A stretch of DNA of 63,541 nucleotides, filler included, from Thraustochytrium aureum (taxonomy: Eukaryota): the NCBI GenBank assembly GCA_012862495.1. It is 4 parts of 3 records of this genome, joined end to end, with 100 filler letters (N's around TTAATTAATTAA, not from the genome) between each part and the next. Parts side by side here need not be neighbours in the genome. Positions count along the whole stretch, not along the records: positions 1 to 25,792 come from BLSG01000225.1; 3 more parts are not named here. The stretch is one strand, 5' to 3'. The notes beneath the pieces were generated by a model that had not been told where the DNA came from, did no database searches, and saw only the letters and a list, made by a program, of their open reading frames with translations. Shown piece by piece: positions 10,142 to 23,081 of the stretch. The first letter of the stretch is position 1, and every line of letters begins with the position of its first letter. The position numbers and the translations under genes are program-made.

Positions 10142-11185
10142 CGCCCGGCGGCTTTCGTTCTTTCTTTTGTTTCCTGCCACCGAACGCGTGTTCCCTCCCA
10201 CCTTGCTCCGTACCCAGTGCCCGCCGAGGCCCGCGTTACGCAGCGCCNNNNNNNNNNNNNNNNNNNNNNNNNNNNNNNNNNNNNNNNNNNNNNNNNNNNN
10301 NNNNNNNNNNNNNNNNNNNNNNNNNNNNNNNNNNNNNNNNNNNNNNNNNNNNNNNNNNNNNNNNNNNNNNNNNNNNNNNNNNNNNNNNNNNNNNNNNNNN
10401 NNNNNNNNNNNNNNNNNNNNNNNNNNNNNNNNNNNNNNNNNNNNNNNNNNNNNNNNNNNNNNNNNNNNNNNNNNNNNNNNNNNNNNNNNNNNNNNNNNNN
10501 NNNNNNNNNNNNNNNNNNNNNNNNNNNNNNNNNNNNNNNNNNNNNNNNNNNNNNNNNNNNNNNNNNNNNNNNNNNNNNNNNNNNNNNNNNNNNNNNNNNN
10601 NNNNNNNNNNNNNNNNNNNNNNNNNNNNNNNNNNNNNNNNNNNNNNNNNNNNNNNNNNNNNNNNNNNNNNNNNNNNNNNNNNNNNNNNNNNNNNNNNNNN
10701 NNNNNNNNNNNNNNNNNNNNNNNNNNNNNNNNNNNNNNNNNNNNNNNNNNNNNNNNNNNNNNNNNNNNNNNNNNNNNNNNNNNNNNNNNNNNNNNNNNNN
10801 NNNNNNNNNNNNNNNNNNNNNNNNNNNNNNNNNNNNNNNNNNNNNNNNNNNNNNNNNNNNNNNNNNNNNNNNNNNNNNNNNNNNNNNNNNNNNNNNNNNN
10901 NNNNNNNNNNNNNNNNNNNNNNNNNNNNNNNNNNNNNNNNNNNNNNNNNNNNNNNNNNNNNNNNNNNNNNNNNNNNNNNNNNNNNNNNNNNNNNNNNNNN
11001 NNNNNNNNNNNNNNNNNNNNNNNNNNNNNNNNNNNNNNNNNNNNNNNNNNNNNNNNNNNNNNNNNNNNNNNNNNNNNNNNNNNNNNNNNNNNNNNNNNNN
11101 NNNNNNNNNNNNNNNNNNNNNNNNNNNNNNNNNNNNNNNNNNNNNNNNNNNNNNNNNNNNNNNNNNNNNNNNNNNGAGGGAGGAT

Positions 11186-11467
11186 CTACTCGACCTGCTT
11201 GTTGACCTCCTCGATGTACTGCTTCATGGCATCCTCCTTGGACAGGCCCTTGCGCGAGTTCCAGGCGTCCCACTTGGCGCGGGCCTCAATCTGAACGGCC
11301 CACGGCTGGCTGCCGGTGACGTCGCCAGCAGTGGCCTGCTTGAACAGGCCGTACAGGGCGAGCTTCTCCTCGTTGGTCGCCGGCTGGTCGCTGCGGCGCT
11401 TGCCAGTCTTGACCTTCTCGGCGGCGGCCTCAAACTCCTTCTGGAGCTCCTCGACAACTGCGGCCAT
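11186..11467 (-). CDS. ACBP: Acyl-CoA-binding protein
   Basis: 'EFEAAAEKVK..TNEEKLALYGLFKQATAGD..PWAVQIEARAKWDAWNSRKGLSKEDAMKQYIEEV'. Confidence 0.96.
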   Translation of the reverse strand: MAAVVEELQKEFEAAAEKVKTGKRRSDQPATNEEKLALYGLFKQATAGDVTGSQPWAVQIEARAKWDAWNSRKGLSKEDAMKQYIEEVNKQVE

Positions 11468-12490
11468 CTTGCTTTCCTAGTCGCTGCCGCCCGCCGCCGC
11501 GTCCGTCAGCTCGCCCTGCGCTGGTGCACAACTCGCTTCTCCCCGGGCTGCCCGCAGCATCGCGGAGACTGCTGCCGCCCAGCACAGCGCATACTTACCT
11601 CGCTTCCTCCTTCGACCCTGGGCTCTGCTGGCTGCTCGAGTTGACGCTGCTCGTGATCGACGGTGGACGGCTGGACGGCTGGACTGATGGGTGCTCGCGG
11701 TCGTTGCGTGTCTGCTGCGCCTGGAGCATGCGTCGTGTGCTGCCAGCGTGTCTCTACGTCCAGAGCAGAATGAAGACCCTGACGAGGAGAGAGGGTGGGC
11801 GCGAGCAAATGCATTCGAGTCCTCCTGGGCGCGCAGCAACTCGAAGTTACTTAGTTGACAATGACATGCAACCGGAGGCATGACTGATAGGTAGATGAGC
11901 TCGCTCGCTCCGAGTCGGCCAGAACAGCGCTCATCAGAGGCCAAAACGACGTCCACAGTCCGTGCAAGCGCGCCTGGCAGCTGGCAGCGTGTGCAGAAAA
12001 ATCCACGCCACACACCGCTTTCGGAGGACAGGGAATCCATTGGGAAATCGAAAATCTTCTGTTTTGTTCTCTGGCGGAAAGGAAGGCAGAGTTTCCCAAG
12101 GCCAGCCCAGCAGCGCAAGAGCCTTTCGTGGTGTTCTTGCGCGTGCCGCAGCCCGCGGCAGCCGCCTGCAGCCGCGCACGTGGGCACTCCGTGGGCGCTC
12201 GGGCATGCCGTGCTCGGGCATGCCATGGCTGGCAACTCGTCACCTGACTTGCGAAACCGCAACATCCTAATAGCTTCCGAGTTGTCCCACGAGGCTCGAG
12301 GGATGGAGGCCGCGCTTCCGAGTCGTCGCGGCTTGTCGCCGGGCAGCTCCGAGTCATCCTTGGCAAGTTCATCAGCCCGTCACGCGCGTCACGTGCGTGC
12401 GCGAAGGCTCTCGCTCGTGGACCTGCGCTCCCGATCGCGTCTTCGCGGCATCGCGCCACGTTTGATGCGTTTGGAGCGAGATGAAGCTGC

Positions 12491-13588
12491 GTGAATTTGC
12501 GGGATGCAGTAGCGATTGCGGGCGGCGGTGCCGTTTGCTCGCTCGCAGAGGCCGCGCAGGCCCGCGCCGCGATGGGCTCGGCGCTTGTGAAGGATGATGG
12601 CCAAGGCGCCGATTTTGAGCGGCTCGAGGATGTCGTGGCCGACCTCGGCTGGCCCGGGCTCGTGCGGCGCGAGGCGCCGTTGCCGGACCAGGACGACGCG
12701 GCAGCTTGCGCTGGCAACAGCGACGGAGGCGTCGGCGGTGCGGCGAGCGGCTGCCAGGCGGCGATGGAAAGGATCAGGGCGGCCCTCGATGGGCTCCGGG
12801 CGGCGCATGATCCCTGGAAAGNNNNNNNNNNNNNNNNNNNNNNNNNNNNNNNNNNNNNNNNNNNNNNNNNNNNNNNNNNNNNNNNNNNNNNNNNNNNNNN
12901 NNNNNNNNNNNNNNNNNNNNNNNNNNNNNNNNNNNNNNNNNNNNNNNNNNNNNNNNNNNNNNNNNNNNNNNNNNNNNNNNNNNNNNNNNNNNNNNNNNNN
13001 NNNNNNNNNNNNNNNNNNNNNNNNNNNNNNNNNNNNNNNNNNNNNNNNNNNNNNNNNNNNNNNNNNNNNNNNNNNNNNNNNNNNNNNNNNNNNNNNNNNN
13101 NNNNNNNNNNNNNNNNNNNNNNNNNNNNNNNNNNNNNNNNNNNNNNNNNNNNNNNNNNNNNNNNNNNNNNNNNNNNNNNNNNNNNNNNNNNNNNNNNNNN
13201 NNNNNNNNNNNNNNNNNNNNNNNNNNNNNNNNNNNNNNNNNNNNNNNNNNNNNNNNNNNNNNNNNNNNNNNNNNNNNNNNNNNNNNNNNNNNNNNNNNNN
13301 NNNNNNNNNNNNNNNNNNNNNNNNNNNNNNNNNNNNNNNNNNNNNNNNNNNNNNNNNNNNNNNNNNNNNNNNNNNNNNNNNNNNNNNNNNNNNNNNNNNN
13401 NNNNNNNNNNNNNNNNNNNNNNNNNNNNNNNNNNNACCAGAACGAAGACCGCGGGAGTTGCAGCTGCATCGAAGGGACCCCATGCGCTGTCGAATACACC
13501 TGCAAGGACTGGAAGCACCGCTTTGACATTGCCGCCCTTGCCCGCCGCCCGCCCGCGCAATAGCAATCCACCAAGCACATTCACCTGA
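12491..13588 (+). CDS. Hypothetical protein, mostly in an N gap
   Basis: Open frame on both sides of gap 12822-13436; no recognisable motif. Confidence 0.25.
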   Translation: MNLRDAVAIAGGGAVCSLAEAAQARAAMGSALVKDDGQGADFERLEDVVADLGWPGLVRREAPLPDQDDAAACAGNSDGGVGGAASGCQAAMERIRAALDGLRAAHDPWKXXXXXXXXXXXXXXXXXXXXXXXXXXXXXXXXXXXXXXXXXXXXXXXXXXXXXXXXXXXXXXXXXXXXXXXXXXXXXXXXXXXXXXXXXXXXXXXXXXXXXXXXXXXXXXXXXXXXXXXXXXXXXXXXXXXXXXXXXXXXXXXXXXXXXXXXXXXXXXXXXXXXXXXXXXXXXXXXXXXXXXXXXXXXXXXXXXXXXXXXXXXXXTRTKTAGVAAASKGPHALSNTPARTGSTALTLPPLPAARPRNSNPPSTFT

Positions 13589-14206
13589 TTTCGTTCTTTG
13601 CCAAACAGTGCTTGCGCCCCTGGCGATGCACCGACCGCGCTGCCCAGGCGTCTGCAGGCGCTCTAGCCAGCAGTAGGTTGGTGGTCAGGCGATGATGACC
13701 GGCGTCATCGACATGAGGGGCAGCGCGTGCAATCGTTCTCTTGTCCAGAGAAGAGCGAGAACAATGAGCAATGAGCAGCAGCAGCAGCCTGTCGTCGTTC
13801 GCACCTCTCGAACGCATCCAGACCCGCAACGACTCCGGCTCAACGAGCCCAGGCCGAAAGGGGCGGCGAGTGGACGCGGCTTGCAGGTGCCGAGGCGAAC
13901 GGAAGCGGTGGCCGCGCGCCAGCGAGTGCGGTTTTTCGGAGAGTCCGTTCGGATTCGGAGGATCGCGAGCACGCTCGAGCGCCAGAAGCCTGCTTGGTGA
14001 CGAGCGCACCGCGGGTTGGCAACTGCCGGTACATACTCACTCCGGGGTATCGGAAACTGCGCGAGCCCGCTGCAGGAGATTCAAAGCGCCAGAGCACTGC
14101 TTGTGACGCGCGGGTGTCTCGGGGTGGGCGAGAAAATGTTCCAACTCGCAGAGATTCAGGCTGTGGTGCGGAAAAACTCGCAGCGTCAGCGCCAGGCCCA
14201 GCCTCG

Positions 14207-17200
14207 ATGACATGGCCGGCGTTCGGCCTCGGCGCCGCGGCGCTCGGGGCGGGACTCACCGCACTCGTGATGCTTGCAGGAATATGCGTCGTGATCAAAT
14301 TCCTGCTCCAGTCCAACGTGATTGTGCCCAAGAAAGGCACCCGGCAGCAGCCCAAGCAGGCGGCAAGGGAGACGGACGCGTCTGAGGTCGAGCCCAGCTG
14401 GGTCGCCGTCACCCGCAGCTCATCCGAGGTTCGCGATCCGAGCGCCCCGTTGCACCATCTGCGCGGCAACTTGTCCGACGCAGACATGGCCCAGCTCGCA
14501 GAAGGCGCGCCCCTCGGGGCCGGCCGGGCAAAGCGCTTTCGTGCCGCGCTCGCCCAACGGTTCTCGATTCGCGGGGCCATCGAAAAAATCCGCGAGAGGC
14601 GCAGGTACCGCTGGGTGACGGCTGAGGCCAAGCATGGAGACGGCCTCCTGTCAATCTACGCCGACTCGCGCAAGACAGAACACAAGGGCCGCGGCCCTGG
14701 AGGGCCCTCGCCGACCGGGAGAGACAAAGTCCGCCGCATGCTCGACAAGCGCTTCAACATGGATGAAGACGCCGACATTTTGCGGAGCCTTCGCCGCACC
14801 GAGATTTTTTCCTGGCTGCCCGACCACATCCTGCGCGCGTTGGCCAGCTCTGCGGACCGTGTCACGCTCGAGGCCGGCCAGACGCTGTACAAAGCTGAGC
14901 AGCAGATCGCCTCGCCTTGCTACTATGTAATCATTCGAGGTCGCGTCTCGATTGTCCTCCCCGCAAGCCCTTCAGCGCCCGTGGGCGATGACAACAAGCG
15001 CGGTCAACCAGATTCGCAACAGCCGCGGCTCTTCGACGAGCCCAAGCTTGCGCATCCAGCGCCGCGCCCGGCCGTGGCTGGCCCCATGCGCAAGAGCGTG
15101 GCCCAGGCTGACGCCGTCTCTCTTGCGACAGAATCAACGTCCGCGAACGCACAAGTGCGTTCGGACCACCAGGCCGTCGCGTTTGGGCCGGATGAGTCTG
15201 TCACAGGTCTCGCTGATTTGCTGGCCGCAATCACGTCGCAACCTGTCGAGTCTGTGGCATCTGCAATCGCCGAGGAGGAGACGGTGCTGGTCAAGATCGA
15301 CCACGCGAGCTGCCTGGCCGCCGTGTTTGCCAAGTTTCCAGGCTTCCGAGAAGAGCTCTTGCTGCGAGTCCTGATTCGGCTGAACCGCGTAACCCTCATG
15401 TCGGTGTTTCGTCTCACCGGTCGAATCGTCATCACGGACACGCGGCGCGAGCTGGCCGGCGCGGGGGTCGCCCGCCTCCGAGCTGCGCGACGGTCAGGCA
15501 CGAGGCCAAGAACGTGGCCGAGCTTGCGGTCGCCTACTTGTCAGCAGAGCTGGGACTCTCGAGCGACGAGCTCGCCAAGTGCACGCGGCTCTCAAAGTGG
15601 TGCTCGACGAAGGGAGGCCCCCTGCAGCCTCCCGGCGCGCCTGCCAACGCCGTGCCAAAACCCGCAAGCTGCGACTCTGGGGAGCTTGATGGCTGGGACG
15701 ACCTGCAAGACGAGTCAGACTACCTTTCCGAAGGCGACTCGTCCGACTTTGGCGGAGATGAGAGCTCCATGGACCTCCAACCCTCGAGTCCTGGCTCTCT
15801 GCCCGGCTCTGGACTCTCGCACGCGCTGAGGCCCAGGCGCCGGCCGGTCGCGCACACCTCAGCAACAGCCGTAGTCCAGATCTTGCGCCTGCCCCGGGGC
15901 GAGAGCCTCATCAAGACCTGCGACGAGCCGGCGCTTTACGTAGTCTTGTGCGGGCAGCTCGAGCTTCTTGCGGGGCGCCGCGAGGACAGCACGGCCAGCC
16001 GCATCGAGCACGTGTACGAGCCAGGCCACGCGTTTGGGCATCTCTCGCTGCTCACAGGGGGCCTGGAACGACTGGTACGTGGGCCGGCGATCCGCGCAAG
16101 GCGCTAGCGCGGACGCCGTTTGGGTGCGCGCCGGCACCACGAGCGAGGAAACAGTGCTTGCCCGCGTCTCCCAACGCGACTATGACGCCCTGATCGACAA
16201 GTTTCCCAAGATCATTCTGCACAAGGCTCGCTCCCTGGCGCTCAACCTCTCCGGGATGACGCGCATGATCGACCTCACCACGCAGTGGCGATATGTGAGC
16301 GCCGGGGACGTGTTGTGCACGAGGGCGAGCTCCTCGACACGCTCTACGTCGTTCTCCACGGTCGCCTGCAGGGAACCACGGACGGCTCCGCAGCCGCAGC
16401 CGCTGATGCCTCGGCCTGTGCCGCGGCGCAACCCACTGGTGCAAGCGGCCTTGCGCCGCCGCCGGGCTCGCCGAGCTTTGGCGCCGGCAGCTCGAGCCTG
16501 CTGCGCGAGTACGGTCGTGGCGCCATCATCGGCGAGATGGCCTTCCTTACAGAGCAGTGCATGGACCAAACAGTGACGGCCATGCGCACGGGCCAGCTCG
16601 CTGCCATCCCGAAAGCGGCCATGTTGGAAGTCATGAGAGTCTACCCCCAAGTTGTGTTTCACATTGGCCGAATCATGAGCGCTGGCATGGCCAAGGCGCG
16701 CCTCGAAGCCCAAGGAGGGCCCGCTGCGACCCTGCGCTTTGGCGGCAGGCCGACAAACACCAGCGTGATCGCCGTCGTCCCGGCGAGTGCGACCGCGCCA
16801 GTGGACCACTTTCTCTACACGCTTTCCGCCGCCCTGCGGTCCATGGGAACGACAGTGGAGATCCTCAACTCTGATCTGGTCGAGCGAATGGCTGACGAGC
16901 GCAAGCTGGGCGTCGGAAATGTGCTGTCGGCGCCGTTCTCAGCGCTAGAGCAAATGATTCTCCTCAACTGGCTCTCGGAAGCAGAAGACACCAACGACAT
17001 TGTCTTTTACCAGGTGGACCCGTGGGCGGACCCGGAGCCGTCTTGGTGGTCCAAAATGTGCGTCGAGCAGGCCGACCTGGTCCTCCTTGTCGGCAACGCC
17101 GCGGACGGGCCCAAGGTGACCGCGCTTGAGCGCAAGCTCGACGCTATCAACACCAACGCGCGGAAAGAGCTCGTCCTCGTGCACCTCATGCGGGACGAGC

Positions 17201-18968
17201 CAGGTGCCGACGCCGAGCTCCCGCGCAACACGCGCGATTGGATCGTCAACCGGGGCAACATTCACCACCACCACCACATCCGCTTTCACCCGGATCGCGA
17301 AGCCCTTTTCAGAGGCAGCGGGTCCTGGGATGTTGAGCACTACCGAAGCGACTTCCGCCGCCTCGCGCGCTGGCTGATCGGCGAGCCTGTGGGCATCGTG
17401 CTTGGCGGGGGCGGGGCCCGGGGGCTCGCGCATGTTGCAGTGCTTCGCACGCTAGAGGAAGCGGGGATCCCCGTTGACTTCATCGCCGGAACCAGCATCG
17501 GCGCCTACGTGGGCGCCCTTTACGCGATGAAGAACGATACGCTGCTCATGCACAAGAAACTGCAAGAGTTCGTGGTGGAGATGTCCAGCACGTGGCGCAA
17601 GCTCTCTGACCTGACGCTGCCCGTGACTTCGTACTTTAGCGGATCAAACTTCAACCGCGGGATCGTGCGCTCGTTCGGCAACACCAAGATTGAGGACCTC
17701 TGGATTCCTTACTTTTGCATGACCACGGACCTCACAGACTCGGTTGAAATCGCCCACCGCAATGGAAGCCTGTGGCGCTACGTTCGGGCTTCGATGACCT
17801 TGGTCAACTTTATCCCGCCGCTCTGCGACGTCGTGGAGGAGGAGATACCCGAGGGCGAGCTCGACGACGGCATCGACTCGTCCGTCGTTGGAGCTGCCGC
17901 GGCTTCTCTCGCAGCGACTGAGGCGGCAGAAAAGGCCGCTTTCGCGAGCCTCGCCACAGCGCAGGCCGCGGACCTCGACGGCGCCACCGACGACGAGGCG
18001 GCAAGTCCGAACGAGGTTTTGGAGCACCGCGCTGCACCGTCACGGCCTTCAGGGGCTGCTGGCCTCGCAGACGAGGAGCTGGCGAACAAGCCGCGCAAGA
18101 CGCGAAAGGTAAGTTTGGCGTCGTCCTGGATTTGGGCGTCGTGTTTGGGGCCTTGGGGGCTGTTTGGGCTGACGATTGAGGTCTCACCGCCGCGCAGACC
18201 GTGCACTACCTTGCCGACGGTGGGTACATGAACAACCTTCCCGCCGACTTGATGCGCAACTTTTTGGGGCCAAAGGCAACCATCATCGCGGTCGACGTTC
18301 AGGGCGAGTGGAAGTTTGCAGGACACGACTATGGCGACAGCTTTAGCGGCTGGAAGTATCCTTTTGCAGTGGCTGAATCCGTTCCAGGAAACCCCAAATG
18401 TAAGTTGCCTGCGACGCCGGTGGCCGAGCGCAGTGCGCGATTCGCTGACAACCGGGGCAACGCGCAGGTGCCGACTAGCGCCGACATCCAGACCCAGCTC
18501 GCCTACATTGCGAGCGTCAAGCAGGGAAGCACGGCGCCGCAGACCACGATGCCCGGGACAGCCGGTTCGGTCTACACGAAAGGGTACGGCGGCATCGCAG
18601 CGCTTCCAAACAAGGACTTGCGCCAGGATATAGACCTCTACCTGACTCCGCCCGTCGGGGACATCACCACGCTCGAGTTCCACAGGAGCGCAGAGATCCA
18701 AGAGCGCTCGTACGTGTGGGCTCGCGAAAAGCTATCTGTGTGGCTTGACCAGTTGCGCAACACCGATGTGGCGCGACTTCGCTCGCTCGTGTGGAGGCCC
18801 CAACGCCTTCGCAGTTCCGACTCTACTGTTGAAGAACCTGCGCGCTCCAGCGAGCGCGAGTCGGATCTGCTTGCTTCCAAGCTGTGCACGCGCCGGCGTG
18901 AGGAGCCGCGCTCCAACCCGATGCTGCATCGCCGAACGCGCAGCTGGGCCAAGCTTTCGCCGTACTGA
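14207..18968 (+). CDS. NTE1: Neuropathy target esterase / Nte1-type lysophospholipase (TM anchor, cNMP-binding domains, patatin domain); 2 introns and about 4 frameshifts
   Basis: N-terminal TM 'AALGAGLTALVMLAGICVVIKFLL'; three cNMP-like domains; 'EQADLVLLVG', 'KELVLVH', 'SDFRRLARWLIG', 'LGGGGARG', nucleophile 'GTSIG', 'SLWRYVRASM' and 'DGGYMNNLPAD'. Introns at 18109-18197 and 18400-18467 (both GTAAGT..GCTGAC..CAG). Frameshifts near 15465, 16059, 16317 and 18360. Confidence 0.93.
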
Positions 18969-19590
18969 CGCCGCGAAGAAAGGTAGGCAAAAGGGAGGTG
19001 TGGCAGCTCGGTCGACCGNNNNNNNNNNNNNNNNNNNNNNNNNNNNNNNNNNNNNNNNNNNNNNNNNNNNNNNNNNNNNNNNNNNNNNNNNNNNNNNNNN
19101 NNNNNNNNNNNNNNNNNNNNNNNNNNNNNNNNNNNNNNNNNNNNNNNNNNNNNNNNNNNNNNNNNNNNNNNNNNNNNNNNNNNNNNNNNNNNNNNNNNNN
19201 NNNNNNNNNNNNNNNNNNNNNNNNNNNNNNNNNNNNNNNNNNNNNNNNNNNNNNNNNNNNNNNNNNNNNNNNNNNNNNNNNNNNNNNNNNNNNNNNNNNN
19301 NNNNNNNNNNNNNNNNNNNNNNNNNNNNNNNNNNNNNNNNNNNNNNNNNNNNNNNNNNNNNNNNNNNNNNNNNNNNNNNNNNNNNNNNNNNNNNNNNNNN
19401 NNNNNNNNNNNNNNNNNNNNNNNNNNNNNNNNNNNNNNNNNNNNNNNNNNNNNNNNNNNNNNNNNNNNNNNNNNNNNNNNNNNNNNNNNNNNNNNNNNNN
19501 NNNNNNNNNNNNNNNNNNNNNNNNNNNNNNNNNNNNNNNNNNNNNNNNNNNNNNNNNNNNNNNNNNNNNNNNNNNNNNNNNNNNNNNNNN

Positions 19591-20911
19591 TGATGTGGTG
19601 CTGCATGTTGCAGACCCCCTTGGCAAGGAGTTCGAGGTTTTCCTCCTTGTAGGCCGCGTCGAGCGGCTTGCCCGGGGTGACAGGCGGTCCGCCTCCGTGG
19701 CACTTTAGAGCGCGAACGGTGGCGACCAAAATGGCTGCGTTTGGCTTCAGGCCACTCTGCCTGCACTTGATGTTGAAGAACTTCTCGCCGCCAATCTCGC
19801 AGCCGAAACCCGCCTCGGTCACGCAAAACCCCTCCTCCCCGACGAGACGGAGCGCCATCTGGTCGGCAATGATCGACGAGTTGCCGTGAGCGATGTTGGC
19901 AAAAGGTCCGCAATGCACAAGCACCGCCGTCTCCTCCACGGTCTGCATGAGCGTGGGCATGACGGCGTCGCGAAGGAGGACAGCGGCGGCCCCCGCGACG
20001 CCCAGGTCCTCGGTGGTGACTGGCTCGCCAGCGCGCGAAAGGGCCACAACGATTCGGCCGACGCGGTCGCGCAGGTCCTGGAACGAGCTCGTCAGGGCGA
20101 GAACGGCCATGAGCTCGCTCGCAACGGCAATGTCGAACCCGGTCCGCCTCGCCGGGGCCTTGGACTCGGTGGGCGCTAGGTTGACCTCGATCTCGCGCAG
20201 GGAGCGGTCACAGGTGTCGAGGACGCGCTTCCAGGTGATCGTCTCCGGGTCGATGTCGAGGCGTGCAAAGCGGGTGGCTTCCTCCTCAGTCAGCTCGTCC
20301 GGGTCGGTCTTGTTGATCCCGAGCTTGGCGAGGCGCTTGAGCATCGGAGCCGCAAAGGAGCGCTTGCCGTCCTTGGCTGGGCAGAGGCGGCGAAAGAGGG
20401 CCGAGTCGGTCTGCGTGTGCTCGTGGTAGATGCGCGTGTCGATGGCTGCAGCGATCAGGTTGTTGGCGGCGGTGATGGCGTGGATGTCGCCTGTCATGTG
20501 CAGGTTAAACTCTTCCATAGGGACGACCTGGCTGTAGCCGCCGCCTGCCGCGCCGCCCTTGATGCCAAAGCAGGGCCCCTGGCTGGGCTGGCGGATGCAC
20601 GTCACCACTTTGCGGTTCGCGTGTGCGCCAAGCGCTTGGCAGACCCCGATCGTCGTCGTAGACTTGCCCTCCCCAAGCGGCGTGGGGTTGATCCCGCAGC
20701 AGATCACATAGTTTCCGAGCGGGGCCTCTTTCAGGCGGTCCAGCAGGCCCAGCTTGACCTTGGCCTTGTGCGAGCCGTACAGGTCGAGCTCCTCGGGGAG
20801 GATGCCGCACGCTTCCGCGATCTTGCTGACATGAACAGGCGTCACGCTCTTGGACACCTCGATGTCGCTCGGCACGGGCTCGAGGCACACGAGTTCCTTC
20901 TTGGCCGCCAT
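19591..20911 (-). CDS. fhs: Formate--tetrahydrofolate ligase (FTHFS), 3' end in N gap
   Basis: '[17 protein letters not shown]', '[23 protein letters not shown]', '[18 protein letters not shown]', '[12 protein letters not shown]', 'VTEAGFG', 'EKFFNIKCR'. ATG at 20911. Confidence 0.97.
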
Positions 20912-21188
20912 CGCGCCGCCCTTTGTGCCTTGCGTCGTGTCGGTCCGAACTTGCTTTCTCGTGCGTGCCAGTGCCCGAAGCACTTGCGTCCACAAACCTC
21001 CGCGCGCGGCTCGTAGCCGCTGTGCGTCTCGCTCTGTGCTGGCGACAACAGAGTTGCGTCTGCTTTCCTGCGCCTGCGCGAACCGTGTCTGGCTGGCGTC
21101 GGAGAGCGCGCGGGGGATGGTGACATCAGGCGTCCGTCCGTCGAAGCCCATTCAGTGGCCAATGCTCAGATAATCTGCCCAACCCCAT

Positions 21189-21570
21189 CCTGCCTGCCTG
21201 NNNNNNNNNNNNNNNNNNNNNNNNNNNNNNNNNNNNNNNNNNNNNNNNNNNNNNNNNNNNNNNNNNNNNNNNNNNNNNNNNNNNNNNNNNNNNNNNNNNN
21301 NNNNNNNNNNNNNNNNNNNNNNNNNNNNNNNNNNNNNNNNNNNNNNNNNNNNNNNNNNNNNNNNNNNNNNNNNNNNNNNNNNNNNNNNNNNNNNNNNNNN
21401 NNNNNNNNNNNNNNNNNNNNNNNNNNNNNNNNNNNNNNNNNNNNNNNNNNNNNNNNNNNNNNNNNNNNNNNNNNNNNNNNNNNNNNNNNNNNNNNNNNNN
21501 NNNNNNNNNNNNNNNNNNNNNNNNNNNNNNNNNNNNNNNNNNNNNNNNNNNNNNCCTGCCTGCCTGCCTG
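21189..21570. repeat. (CCTG)n microsatellite flanking both sides of an N gap
   Basis: CCTGCCTGCCTG before gap 21201-21554 and CCTGCCTGCCTGCCTG after it. The complementary (GGCA)n also occurs at about 55451-55469. Confidence 0.7.
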
Positions 21571-23081
21571 GCGTGGCGGTGCGGCGCTGCCGCGGTGCAG
21601 ACGTTTGATTGATTGATGAGGACGGCGATTGAGGTTTGGCGTCGTTTGCCGTTGTGCGACGGCGCGCGGCCGGCCATCTGGCGGCAGGCCGGGGCGGTCG
21701 TCGACGGCGGAAGCGCTCGCTTTCCAACGAAAGGCTGGCTTCCCAAGTCTATCGCGCTTCATCCGCTGCGCCGCGCTCGCCTGGCACAACACAACTGAAC
21801 GAGGCGCCCTTGTCGCAAAGCTGAGGCCTACGTACCTGCTAGTACCCCTTGCTTGTCGTCGATTGATCCCTGCGCGGATTGACGAGGGCGGGGCGCTGGT
21901 GCCGGGCCGTGCTGGAGCTCCAAGCAACTCGGCCTATCCCAGAAGCCCTTGAACTAATACAGGTTGACCTCGAGCGTGAGGCACTGCCTATGCACGTTCA
22001 TCGGCGACAAAGATGTGAACAGCTTTGACCCATTCGCCGCCCTCGAGCTGGCACACAAAGAGCTGCTAGCCGTTGCGCACGGCAATTCTCGGTGTGCTGA
22101 CGCGACGCGCAGCAGGCGAACGGCAGCCAGGGCAGCTGCGACTATTCGGTTGCTACATCCACCCTCGAGCGCCAGCAACACGGCCAACGTGGCCGTCATC
22201 GTCGCCATCGCCTGCGAGTCTTCATCGATGCACGAGTCGCCTCCATAGTTACGTTGCGCGCTCGAGACTCTGCGATACTCTCTGCAAGCTCGAGCTAGCT
22301 AGCTCGAGAGATGGAGGTGAGCGACAGGGCGGGCCGCGCAGCAGTGGGAAACGCTCTTCCGAGGGGAAAGCCCCGACGCCGCCTGTGCCTTGTTGCTTTC
22401 GAGGCGATGAATCGAGGCGATGGAAACCCGCGGAGGACTCCCTGGAAAGGAATATGGCCGACCGCCTCTGGCAGCCGCGCGGGGCACGAAGCCCTCGCAG
22501 CGACCTCCGCGCTGCATGAAGAAGCTTGTGCGGAGGCGGCGGAGTGGCATCGGCAGGCGGCCTTTTTCCGGCCGGGCTCTGTGACAACGCTACCGGATCT
22601 CTTGTGAGCAGGACATCGAGAAGTCAGAACAGATTGATTGATTATCATCCAGCTCAAGTGCTGCTGATGGCGACAGAACGGTGGAGGCTACAAACAACGC
22701 CGGTTGCGCATTGTTGCATTGTTGAGCGCAGTTTACCACGGCAGCAGGGGAAGTGGGGAGCACCTCTGCGGCCCCAAACTCCGCCGGTGGCTGGAAAGCT
22801 GCTTCGCTGGCTCTCTTGATGGCAACGATGAAATCACAGCATAGTCCAAGAGGTTGCGAACTCAAGGACGTGCATCCTCGACATCCATCGCTCATCTTCC
22901 AAAAAAGTCGAGAAGGAATGGAGACCTTGCGGTGGCGAAACATCGCCTCGCGGCAGCCGAAATCCGTGCAACCCTGCGACCTGCAGACAGTCACCGAACG
23001 CAGCGGGAGGACGTGATTGACTTCCAGGCGTTGCTGGCACACGGGGCAAGCACAGGGCGGCGACGCCGTAGAGTGCTCAAA

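Noticed and set aside
14207..18968. NTE1, RPT5, PARP, DNAAF4 and others as pseudogenes
   Set aside because: Catalytic motifs are intact, there are no in-frame stops, and the indels sit at homopolymers, consistent with sequencing error.
21954..22657. Short ORFs between FTHFS and BLUF
   Set aside because: No recognisable motifs or codon bias; cannot be supported.
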